Positions 56,184 through 64,000 of a stretch of DNA of 64,000 nucleotides are shown here, in pieces. How positions within the stretch are numbered: the first letter of the stretch is position 1; every line of letters starts with the position of its first letter. A model generated the notes under the pieces. That model was not told the origin of the DNA and searched no databases. It saw nothing but the letters and a program-made list of their open reading frames with translations. Where the stretch lies: contig CABSCS010000004.1 of assembly GCA_902476355.1 (NCBI GenBank), positions 10,085 to 74,084 of the forward strand, read 5' to 3'. The DNA is from an uncultured Eubacteriales bacterium (GTDB lineage Bacteria > Bacillota > Clostridia > Christensenellales > UBA1242). The position numbers and the translations under genes were made by a program.

Positions 56184-57239
56184 TTAATTTTGAATAATTT
56201 TTATGTTTTCAAAAGTTTTGTTTGTGTCTTTCAAAACGCTTGCAGTTGCACCTTGTTTTTCTATTGTTGCATTTTTCATATCTGATAAAAGAGAAATTGA
56301 ACCTTTGAGCGCAAAAACATTTTCGCCAAAGTCGGCCGGTTTGTTTCCTTCAATATAAACGGCTGTTTGCTCATAGATTGGGATTTTGTTCTCATTTTTC
56401 TCGGCTGGTTCGTTGCTATTTTTCAAAACAAAAGTTGCGTTTGATGATGATTGATTGTTGAGCAGTTTGTCAAGAAGATCTTTCGATGAACTTGTCACCA
56501 TATAGTTGATTTCATATGGTGTTTTGCTATATTTGATTGAAACAAACTGATTTCCACTTTCTGAAAAAGCAAAAGAATTTTGGCGATATAGATTTTCGTT
56601 GTTAAGATTTATGTTTTGAAAATTTTCTTTGTCGGAACTTTTCACGATAAGAGCGCCACAAATGCCGTTTTCAGAAGTTTTATAGTTCCCAAATGTGTTG
56701 CCTTTCACAATCATTGGCATTGTGTTTAGCGAGGAGATTTTTCTTGAAAGAATAATTCCGCTTGCACCATCTTCGCTTGTTTTTTCGTCTTTAAGAGAAA
56801 TGTGATTTTCTTTCACAACAAGACCACCATCAACAAGGTTTATTCCGATTTTTGTGTTGTTTTCAAGGCTGTTTTCACTTGTGCCTTGGTGAATAATGTC
56901 AAGCCCAGAAATGTTGATTGTATCGTTTTCGCCTGTGCTGTTTATTGTGAAAGAACCATAAAATTTAGGGCTTACATTGTTTTGATTTTTCATTCCAACA
57001 ATAGATAATGGTTTGTTGATAATAATGTTGCGATTTTCTGAAACATCGCTATAAACTTTAATAGTGTCGCCACTTTTTGCATTTTTCACGGCGTCGGAAA
57101 TAGAAGAATAGGAAACATCTTCAATTTTAACTTTTGCATTTTCAGAAAAAGAGTTTCGCTTTTTTGAACACGCAGGAAGCCAGACTGATGCACACATGAC
57201 AGTCAAAAGAAGAATAAAAGTTTTAAAAATTCTCTGCAT
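56184..57239 (-). CDS. lipoprotein/secreted protein
   Basis: Signal peptide with lipobox LPACSK. Confidence 0.6.
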   Translation of the reverse strand: MQRIFKTFILLLTVMCASVWLPACSKKRNSFSENAKVKIEDVSYSSISDAVKNAKSGDTIKVYSDVSENRNIIINKPLSIVGMKNQNNVSPKFYGSFTINSTGENDTINISGLDIIHQGTSENSLENNTKIGINLVDGGLVVKENHISLKDEKTSEDGASGIILSRKISSLNTMPMIVKGNTFGNYKTSENGICGALIVKSSDKENFQNINLNNENLYRQNSFAFSESGNQFVSIKYSKTPYEINYMVTSSSKDLLDKLLNNQSSSNATFVLKNSNEPAEKNENKIPIYEQTAVYIEGNKPADFGENVFALKGSISLLSDMKNATIEKQGATASVLKDTNKTFENIKIIQN

Positions 57240-57404
57240 TTTTCACCTCTTTAATATTTTGTGAAAAACAAAAGAAAATATGTGTTTTGTTGTGAAATTG
57301 CACAAGATAAATATTATTTTTAGTGTTTAGTTATTGTTTTTGCATTTTTTATTTTGTTTTGAGCAAAAAAAGAGAAGCAAATTTGCTTCTCTTTAAATTT
57401 GATT

Positions 57405-59234
57405 TTATTGACCGTTTTTCTTTCTAAAATCCATTCTTCCTCTTTGAACATGGTCAAGAACAATTTTGCGAAGACGAAGGGAAATTGGAGTTACTTCCAA
57501 AAGTTCATCTTCATCAAGAAATTCAAGGCATTCTTCAAGAGTGAGTGGTTTCACAGGTTCAAGACGAAGTGCTTCGTCTGATGCAGAAGAACGAATGTTT
57601 GTGAGTTGTTTTTTCTTGCAAACGTTCACAACAATGTCTTCATGTTTTGGGTTGATTCCAACAATCATTCCGCCATAAACGCGAGTTCCTGGGGTGATGA
57701 GAAGTTTTCCACGCTCTTGGGCATTGTAAAGACCATATTGAATTGCGTCGCCAGTTTCATAGGCAACAAGTGCACCGAAGTTGCGGTGTTGAATGTCACC
57801 TTTATATGGTTGATAACTGTCGAACACACTGCTCATTACGCCTTCACCACGAGTGTCGGTCAAGAATTGGTTTTTATATCCAAAAAGTCCACGAGCAGGA
57901 ATCAAAAATTCAAGACGGATTCGGCTTCCTATGTTTGTCATTGAAACAAGGTCGCCTTTTCTTGAACCAATTGTTCCCATAACTGCGCCAACGCTTTCTT
58001 CTGGAACGTCGATAGTAAGGCGGTCGATTGGCTCGCATTTCACGCCGTCAATTTCCTTATAGATAACTTTTGGCATTGAAACTTGAAATTCAAGACCATC
58101 ACGGCGCATGTTTTCAATCAAAATTGAAATGTGCATTTCTCCACGACCAAGAACACGGAAAGTGTCGGCACTGCTAGTTTCGAAAACTTTGAGTGAAAGG
58201 TCTTTAACGGCTTCTTTCATAAGGCGGTCGCGAAGATGACGGCTGGTTGAATATTTGCCTTCGGTTCCTGCAAATGGGCTGTTGTTTACAGAAAATTCCA
58301 TTTCAACACTTGGTTCACTGATTTTTACGAACTCAACAGCAACTGGATTTTCTTTTTCGGTGATTGTGTCTCCAATTGTAATTTGGTCGGAACCAGACAA
58401 GCACACAATGTCTCCAATTGTTGCAGAGGTGTATGGAACTCTTTTAAGTCCTTCATGTTGGAAAAGGTTTGTGATTCTGAATTGGAATCTGCGAGCAGGG
58501 TCGAAATAGTTTACAACTGTAACAGTGTCGCCAACTTTAACAGTTCCTTGTTCAATTTTTCCGACAGCAAGTTTTCCAAGAAAGTCGTTTTGTTCGCAAG
58601 ATGAAACAAGCATCTGGAAGGGTTTAGATTCGTCACCTTGTGGGGCAGGAATGTGTTCTACAATTGTTTCGAAAAGTGGTTTAAGGTCGGTTCCTTGTTT
58701 GTCTGGGTCAAGCGATGCAATTCCAAGACGAGCAGAACAGAACACAAATGGGCTGTCAAGTTGTTCGTCTGATGCACCAAGATCCATCAAAAGTTCCAAA
58801 ACCTCATCAACAACTTCTTTAACTCTTGCGTCTTTACGGTCGATTTTGTTTACAACAACAACAACTTTCAAATTAAGGTCAAGTGCTTTTGACAAAACAA
58901 AACGAGTTTGAGGCATTGTTCCTTCAAATGCGTCAACAACGAGCAAAACGCCATCTACCATTTTCAAAACACGTTCAACCTCTCCGCCAAAGTCTGCGTG
59001 ACCTGGGGTGTCGATAACGTTGATTTTAACATCGTTATACATGCAAGCAGCGTTCTTTGAAAGAATTGTGATTCCACGTTCACGTTCAAGAGCGTTCGAG
59101 TCCATTACGCGGTCTTCAACTTGTTGGTTTTCACGGAAAACCCCGCCTTGTTTCAACATTTCGTTGACAAGAGATGTTTTGCCGTGGTCAACATGGGCAA
59201 TGATAGCAACATTTCGGATTTTATTATTTATCAT
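57405..59234 (-). CDS. typA: translational GTPase TypA/BipA
   Basis: IRNVAIIAHVDHGKTSL, DTPGHADFGGEVER, NKIDR, 609 aa. Confidence 0.95.
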   Translation of the reverse strand: MINNKIRNVAIIAHVDHGKTSLVNEMLKQGGVFRENQQVEDRVMDSNALERERGITILSKNAACMYNDVKINVIDTPGHADFGGEVERVLKMVDGVLLVVDAFEGTMPQTRFVLSKALDLNLKVVVVVNKIDRKDARVKEVVDEVLELLMDLGASDEQLDSPFVFCSARLGIASLDPDKQGTDLKPLFETIVEHIPAPQGDESKPFQMLVSSCEQNDFLGKLAVGKIEQGTVKVGDTVTVVNYFDPARRFQFRITNLFQHEGLKRVPYTSATIGDIVCLSGSDQITIGDTITEKENPVAVEFVKISEPSVEMEFSVNNSPFAGTEGKYSTSRHLRDRLMKEAVKDLSLKVFETSSADTFRVLGRGEMHISILIENMRRDGLEFQVSMPKVIYKEIDGVKCEPIDRLTIDVPEESVGAVMGTIGSRKGDLVSMTNIGSRIRLEFLIPARGLFGYKNQFLTDTRGEGVMSSVFDSYQPYKGDIQHRNFGALVAYETGDAIQYGLYNAQERGKLLITPGTRVYGGMIVGINPKHEDIVVNVCKKKQLTNIRSSASDEALRLEPVKPLTLEECLEFLDEDELLEVTPISLRLRKIVLDHVQRGRMDFRKKNGQ

Positions 59235-59382
59235 ATTTTTTCACCTGTGAATTTAGATTTTATTATAATATTTATTATATATTATTTTACAATACGAGTC
59301 AAAAGTATAATTTATTTTGTAAAAAAGTCAATAGAAAAAGTGGATTTTTGATCCACTTTTCATATTTTTTTGATTTTCAGAT

Positions 59383-60795
59383 TTAGTTTTCTTCGGTTGA
59401 AGATTCATCTTTTTTGTTTTCAATTGGCTCGCCATTGGTTCCGCGAGTAACGTCAAGTTCAAGTTCAACAATTCTTCTTTCGTCCATTTTGGTAATGGTG
59501 AAGTTGAGAACAGTGATTGTTTGAACATAGTCGTTGTGTTCGTTTAAAATGTCATCAATTGCGGTTACGGTATATTTTGCACCAACCTCTGGAAGAGTTT
59601 CTGAAAGTTCATAGAGCATTCCTCCAACAGAAGAATAGTTGGTTTCTGGAAGGTGCTCAATTTCAAGATAGTCATAAAGGTCTTCAACGCTGGTTTCAGG
59701 GTCGACGATATATTTGTTTTCGTCAATTTTTGTGATTGGAGTTTTTGTTGGCTCTTCGTCGTCGTGTTCATCATAAATTTCACCAACAACTTCTTCAATT
59801 GCGTCTTCCATTGAAACAATTCCGCTTGTTCCGCCATATTCGTCAAGAACAATAAGAAGATGTTTTTTCTCTTTTTGCATCAAACGGATAACATCGTCAA
59901 CCTTCATGGTTTCAGTAACGAAACATGGGGTTGTCATAATGTCTCTGATAACAATTTCCTCGTTTTTGAGATATTTTATCATGAAGTCTTTTTGGTTCAA
60001 AACACCAATAATGTTGTCTTTATCATTTTCATAAACAGGTATTCTTGAATATTGGTGTTCAATGAAAAGTTCTTTCACAGTGTCAAGCGAATCGCTTACA
60101 GAAACGGCAATCATGTCTACCCTTGGGGTCATGATGTCATAAACTGTCATGGTTTTAATGTCGATTGCGCCTTGCAAAATGTCGGCTTCGTCATTATCAA
60201 TAACGCCTTCTTCGTTCATTGTGTCGATGATGCTTTCAAGTTCATCTTCTGTGACGGTTGGGGCGTCATTTTTTTGTTTTCTTGTTGCAAGTTTTTGAAG
60301 TCCACCAAAAACAAAAGTGATTGGTGTTAAAACTTTCATGAGGAAATATAAAAATCCACTGAATGTTAAAGCAACTTTGTCTGGGTTTGCTTTTGAAATA
60401 GATTTTGGCAAAATTTCACCAAAAATAAGAATTATAATTGTCATTATAACAGTGTTCAAAAAGTTTGAAAGAGTAGGGTTCAAAATAAATTTTGAGAACA
60501 AGTATGCACAAATTGTTGTTGAAGCAATGTTCACAAGGTTGTTTCCAACCAAAATTGTTGAAAGTGCTTTGTCTGAATGTTCACAAACATAAATTGCTCT
60601 TCTTGCACCTTTTTTCTTTTCGTCGGCATATGAACGAAGACGAAGCATGTTGGCTTTTGTGAAAGCGGTTTCACTTGCCGAAAAGAATGCTGAAAAAACA
60701 ATCAGAATGATAACGCCAACAATGGCAAGTGCATCTGGCCAACCAAAAGATGGAGTCGCAGATGAAATTAAAAAGAATATACCCGAGGGGTCCAT
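59383..60795 (-). CDS. CNNM/HlyC-CorC family transporter (DUF21 + CBS pair + CorC_HlyC)
   Basis: N-terminal 4-TM DUF21, CBS pair region, C-terminal transporter-associated domain. Confidence 0.85.
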   Translation of the reverse strand: MDPSGIFFLISSATPSFGWPDALAIVGVIILIVFSAFFSASETAFTKANMLRLRSYADEKKKGARRAIYVCEHSDKALSTILVGNNLVNIASTTICAYLFSKFILNPTLSNFLNTVIMTIIILIFGEILPKSISKANPDKVALTFSGFLYFLMKVLTPITFVFGGLQKLATRKQKNDAPTVTEDELESIIDTMNEEGVIDNDEADILQGAIDIKTMTVYDIMTPRVDMIAVSVSDSLDTVKELFIEHQYSRIPVYENDKDNIIGVLNQKDFMIKYLKNEEIVIRDIMTTPCFVTETMKVDDVIRLMQKEKKHLLIVLDEYGGTSGIVSMEDAIEEVVGEIYDEHDDEEPTKTPITKIDENKYIVDPETSVEDLYDYLEIEHLPETNYSSVGGMLYELSETLPEVGAKYTVTAIDDILNEHNDYVQTITVLNFTITKMDERRIVELELDVTRGTNGEPIENKKDESSTEEN

Positions 60796-60953
60796 TTATT
60801 TTTTTACTCCTTAAATGAATAGTATGGGTATTATAGCATATGTTTTTGGTTTTGTAAATAGTTTAACACATATGTGTACGGTTGAAAAAATTTGAAATGT
60901 TTGCATTTTGCAATTTTGTTGCACTTTTAAGGCATGTGTGATAAAATCAAATC

Positions 60954-62309
60954 ATGAAAAATTTTCCAGAACAATTTGAAGAAAACATGAAGGCTTTGCT
61001 TGGCAAAGATTTTGAAAAATATGAGCAAAGCATGCAAATGCCAGCAAAGCGTGGCTTGCGCGCAAATAAAAATTATATTGATGCAAAAACCTTTTGCAAT
61101 CTTTTTCCATATGATGCAAAAAACATTCTTGGCGAAGACAATTTGTTTTGTCTTGAATCTGACGAGAAAATTGGAAACACGGTTTTCCACCATGCGGGGA
61201 TGATATATTTGCAAGAGCCTTCAAGCATGCTTGCAGTTTTGGCACTTGAACCACAAGATGGCGAAAACATTCTTGACCTTTGTTCTGCTCCTGGTGGAAA
61301 AACGGGACAGATTTTGGAAAAAGACAAAACAGGCATTGTTATTTCAAACGAAATTGTTCGCCCAAGAGCAAATGTTTTGCTTTCAAACATTGAAAGACAA
61401 GGTTTCAAAAATAGCATGGTTACAAGTCTTGCACCCGAAACACTTTCTGGGCTTTTGCCAAACTTTTTTGATAAGATTTTGGTTGATGCTCCTTGTTCGG
61501 GAGAGGGAATGTTCAGAAAAGAACCTGAAACAGTTTCAGAGTGGAACGCAGGGCTTCCACAGTTCAACCACGAGCGTCAAATGCAAATTTTGAAAGACGC
61601 TGACAAAATGCTCAAAGAAAACGGAACTCTTGTCTATTCAACTTGCACTTTCAACACAAAAGAAGATGAAGAAACAGCATCACTGTTTGCAAAACAATAT
61701 GGCTATGAAATTGTTTCGCTTCCTGAAAATGTGCAAAGTGTTACAATGCCAGCAAAAGATATGAATGGCGAAAAAACTTCACTTGCAAGAAAGTGTTTAC
61801 CTTTTGGAAATTTTGGAGAAGGGCAGTTTGTTTGCAAAATGATAAAACGCTCAAAGAACAATGCAGAACCAGTAAGACAAAACAAGGTTCAAGGCATAAG
61901 CAAAAGCGAAACTGAACTTGCAAAACAACTTTTGAAAAGCACAATTGGTGACGATGATTTCTATTTTTATAAATTTGGCGAAAATGTGTATATAAGCAAG
62001 GTTCCACTTCGTGTTCTTCCTTTTGGTGTTGTTTCAATTGGTGTTTGCCTTGGCGAACTGAAAAAAGGAAGAATTGAGCCTGCTCATCAATTTTTCAAAG
62101 CATATGGAAACCAGTTTAAAAACAAAATCAATCTTGAAATTGACAGCCCTCTTCTTTCACGATATTTGCTTGGAAACGAGATTGATTGTGACAAGGAAAA
62201 TGGCTATGTTTGCATTTTGTGCACTGGTGTTCCAGTTGGCGGGGGAAAGGTTGTTTCTGGCAAAGTGAAAAACTATTATCCAAAAGGATTGAGAGGTTCA
62301 GTCCGTTAG
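60954..62309 (+). CDS. RsmB/RsmF-family rRNA (cytosine-C5)-methyltransferase
   Basis: DLCSAPGGKT, DAPCSGEGMFRK, YSTCTF. Confidence 0.85.
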   Translation: MKNFPEQFEENMKALLGKDFEKYEQSMQMPAKRGLRANKNYIDAKTFCNLFPYDAKNILGEDNLFCLESDEKIGNTVFHHAGMIYLQEPSSMLAVLALEPQDGENILDLCSAPGGKTGQILEKDKTGIVISNEIVRPRANVLLSNIERQGFKNSMVTSLAPETLSGLLPNFFDKILVDAPCSGEGMFRKEPETVSEWNAGLPQFNHERQMQILKDADKMLKENGTLVYSTCTFNTKEDEETASLFAKQYGYEIVSLPENVQSVTMPAKDMNGEKTSLARKCLPFGNFGEGQFVCKMIKRSKNNAEPVRQNKVQGISKSETELAKQLLKSTIGDDDFYFYKFGENVYISKVPLRVLPFGVVSIGVCLGELKKGRIEPAHQFFKAYGNQFKNKINLEIDSPLLSRYLLGNEIDCDKENGYVCILCTGVPVGGGKVVSGKVKNYYPKGLRGSVR

Positions 62310-62389
62310 ATGTTTAAAATGGAAAATTAAATCATATTATATATAAATCAATAAAATAAAAAACTGTTGAAAGAAAATTGCCAAAAATG

Positions 62390-62574
62390 TTGACAAAAAT
62401 GTTTTTTGGTGTATAATTACTTTCGTAAATAAAAAATTCGTGCCAAAGACAGTAAGTGGCGAACGCCTTAATTTCTTACCGAGGAACAGAAAAAAGAGAT
62501 TGCTATCCCTTGTGTTGTTCCCAGCGCAAGGGTTTTTTATTTCCACTTCACACGAAAATAGAGGAGGAAATATA
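62390..62574 (+). promoter_or_regulatory. rplJ promoter plus L10-leader-type 5' UTR with a terminator/attenuator hairpin
   Basis: TTGACA (62390-95) and TATAAT (62412-17). CCCTTG...CAAGGG hairpin plus T6 at 62507-62538, ahead of the rplJ RBS GAGGAGG. Confidence 0.6.
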
Positions 62575-63066
62575 ATGTCAGCTAATTTTGAAAGTAAGAA
62601 AGTTGTTGTTGAAGAAATCAAGAATCTTGCAAAAGATGCTTCATCAATCGTTCTTGTTGATTATAAAGGCTTGACAGTTGCTCAAGTTTCTGAACTCAGA
62701 AGAGCATTCAGAGACGCTGGTGCAACCTATAAAGTTTACAAGAACAGACTCATGAAAATTGCATTTGAAGAACTTGGCATCAAATTTGATGATAATCTTC
62801 TTGAAGGCACAACTGCTGTTGCGTTCCATAATTCAGACCCTATTGCTCCTGCTAAAATTGCGGTTGATGGAGAGAAAAAGTATAAAGTTTTGAAAGTTAA
62901 GGCTGCATGGTTCGAAGGAAAACAACTTCTTGCAGACGAAACAAAGAAACTTGCTGCTATCCCATCAAAGGAAGTTTTGGTGGCTCAATTGCTTGGAATG
63001 CTTACAATGCCTATGCGTGGGCTTGCTGTTGCTTTGAAGCAAATCGCAGAAAAAAACGCACAATAA
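62575..63066 (+). CDS. rplJ: 50S ribosomal protein L10
   Basis: Start set at MSANFESKKVVVEEIK after GAGGAGG. LTVAQVSELRR. Confidence 0.95.
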   Translation: MSANFESKKVVVEEIKNLAKDASSIVLVDYKGLTVAQVSELRRAFRDAGATYKVYKNRLMKIAFEELGIKFDDNLLEGTTAVAFHNSDPIAPAKIAVDGEKKYKVLKVKAAWFEGKQLLADETKKLAAIPSKEVLVAQLLGMLTMPMRGLAVALKQIAEKNAQ

Positions 63067-63111
63067 TTTAAAAAAAAGAAAAATTCATTTTATTTAAGGA
63101 GAAAAATTAAA

Positions 63112-63489
63112 ATGGCAGATATCAAAAAATTTATCGAAGAAATCAAAGGTCTTTCAGTTGTTGAACTTAACGACCTTGTAAAAGCTCTTGAAGAAGAGTT
63201 TGGTGTTAGCGCTGCTGCAATGGCAGTTGCTGCTCCTGCTGCAGGTGCTGGTGCTGATGCTCCTGCTGCTGAAGAAAAAACAGAATTTGACGTTATTTTG
63301 AAAGACGTTGGTGCTAACAAAATTAACGTTATCAAAGTTGTTAGAGAGATCACAGGTCTTGGACTTTCAGAATCTAAGGCTTTGGTTGAAACTCCAAACG
63401 CTAAAATTAAAGAAAACGTTGCAAAAGACGCTGCTAATGAAATGGTTGAAAAATTCAAAGCTGCTGGTGCAACTGCAGAATTGAAATAA
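63112..63489 (+). CDS. rplL: 50S ribosomal protein L7/L12
   Basis: Ala-rich hinge [47 protein letters not shown]. Confidence 0.95.
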   Translation: MADIKKFIEEIKGLSVVELNDLVKALEEEFGVSAAAMAVAAPAAGAGADAPAAEEKTEFDVILKDVGANKINVIKVVREITGLGLSESKALVETPNAKIKENVAKDAANEMVEKFKAAGATAELK

Positions 63490-63527
63490 TCTATCAAAAC
63501 TGTAAAATCGCTTATGTGTGAAGGAAT

Positions 63528-63557
63528 CAGGAAAGAGCAATCTTTCCTGTTTTTTTT
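63528..63557 (+). terminator. intrinsic terminator after rplL
   Basis: CAGGAAAGA-GCAA-TCTTTCCTG followed by T8. Confidence 0.8.
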
Positions 63558-63661
63558 ATGCAATTTTTGCAGCCACGTGATAAATTGCCTCAAAAAAAAT
63601 CAATATTGCAAAATTTGACAAGGTGTGGTATAATATAATCATAAATATGGAGGAAAAATCA

Positions 63662-64000
63662 ATGGGAGAATGGCTTACTCTTCAAACTGACATGTCGCCA
63701 TATCGCTGTGACAAAGAAAAGGTGAGTGACAGTTTGCAACAAATTGATGATAAACTTAAAAAATTTTATGATTATTGCGAAATTCATCCTCGCTTTAAAG
63801 AAGAAATGTTTTCAAAGCAGGCACAAGAACGTCGTTCGCGTGAAACAGCAATGGCTTTTCTTGGAATTGAAAAACCAATCACTCTTGATCCAACCTCTTC
63901 TTTCACAAAGAGCGAAGCAGAACAAGAAATTGAAAAACTCAAAATCCGTAAACTTTTGGCATATGCTGATGCCAGCCAATATATGAAAGACATTTTGCAT
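63662..64000 (+). CDS. hypothetical protein, 3'-partial at the window edge
   Basis: GGAGGAAAAATCA then ATG. My translation MGEWLTLQTDMSPYRCDKEKVSDSLQQIDDKLKKFYDYCEIHPRFKEEMF... stays open to the end of the window. Confidence 0.45.
   Translation, partial: MGEWLTLQTDMSPYRCDKEKVSDSLQQIDDKLKKFYDYCEIHPRFKEEMFSKQAQERRSRETAMAFLGIEKPITLDPTSSFTKSEAEQEIEKLKIRKLLAYADASQYMKDILH

Noticed and set aside
63090-63593. 167-aa antisense ORF opposite rplL, and many similar antisense ORFs (for example 5457-5909, 9165-9644, 45089-45598, 53803-54276, 61073-61567)
   Set aside because: They lie opposite strongly conserved genes, lack RBS signals and have biased low-complexity composition. These are the usual shadow ORFs of AT-rich coding DNA.

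Overview
Low-GC Firmicutes-type chromosome segment using standard code 11. TGA works as a stop at 53455-53457, and no conserved gene has an in-frame TGA. Most of the window is housekeeping DNA in Bacillus-like order: nifS-nifU with an Rrf2 regulator, mrnC-rlmB-sigH, dnaX-ybaB-recR, aspS-gatCAB, phosphoketolase, tdk, typA and rplJ-rplL with an L10 leader. Five things stand out. (1) A native tRNA-Arg(CCU) gene is cut in two at its anticodon loop by a roughly 14.9 kb, visibly more AT-rich island (about 25019-39900). The two halves, 14.9 kb apart, reassemble into a complete cloverleaf, and the island carries its own intact, structurally different tRNA-Arg(CCU). (2) The island is a defence island. 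It holds a C5-cytosine methyltransferase translationally coupled to a GHKL-ATPase fused to a Shedu/DUF4263-like nuclease, and a 5'-truncated tyrosine integrase beside an iteron-rich non-coding zone. It also holds a tightly packed seven-gene operon (GIY-YIG, coiled-coil membrane protein, HsdM, DUF4145/HEPN-like protein, HsdS, small membrane protein, HsdR), three small divergent genes and a stand-alone HEPN-like protein. hsdS contains four perfect 12-bp repeats encoding the TAEL spacer-length motif. (3) Upstream of aspS-gatCAB, a consensus promoter drives a 30-codon ORF with 10 Asn codons, 7 of them consecutive, followed by a strong terminator. I read this as a candidate Asn-sensing leader-peptide attenuator for the indirect Asn-tRNA pathway, and I see no T-box there. 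(4) A 15-bp palindrome (TGTRYA-N3-TRYACA) recurs as arrays in non-coding DNA. (5) A terminator-bounded pseudoknotted candidate small RNA lies next to tRNA-Arg(ACG). All calls come from reading the sequence and ORF translations by eye. No database search or folding program was run.
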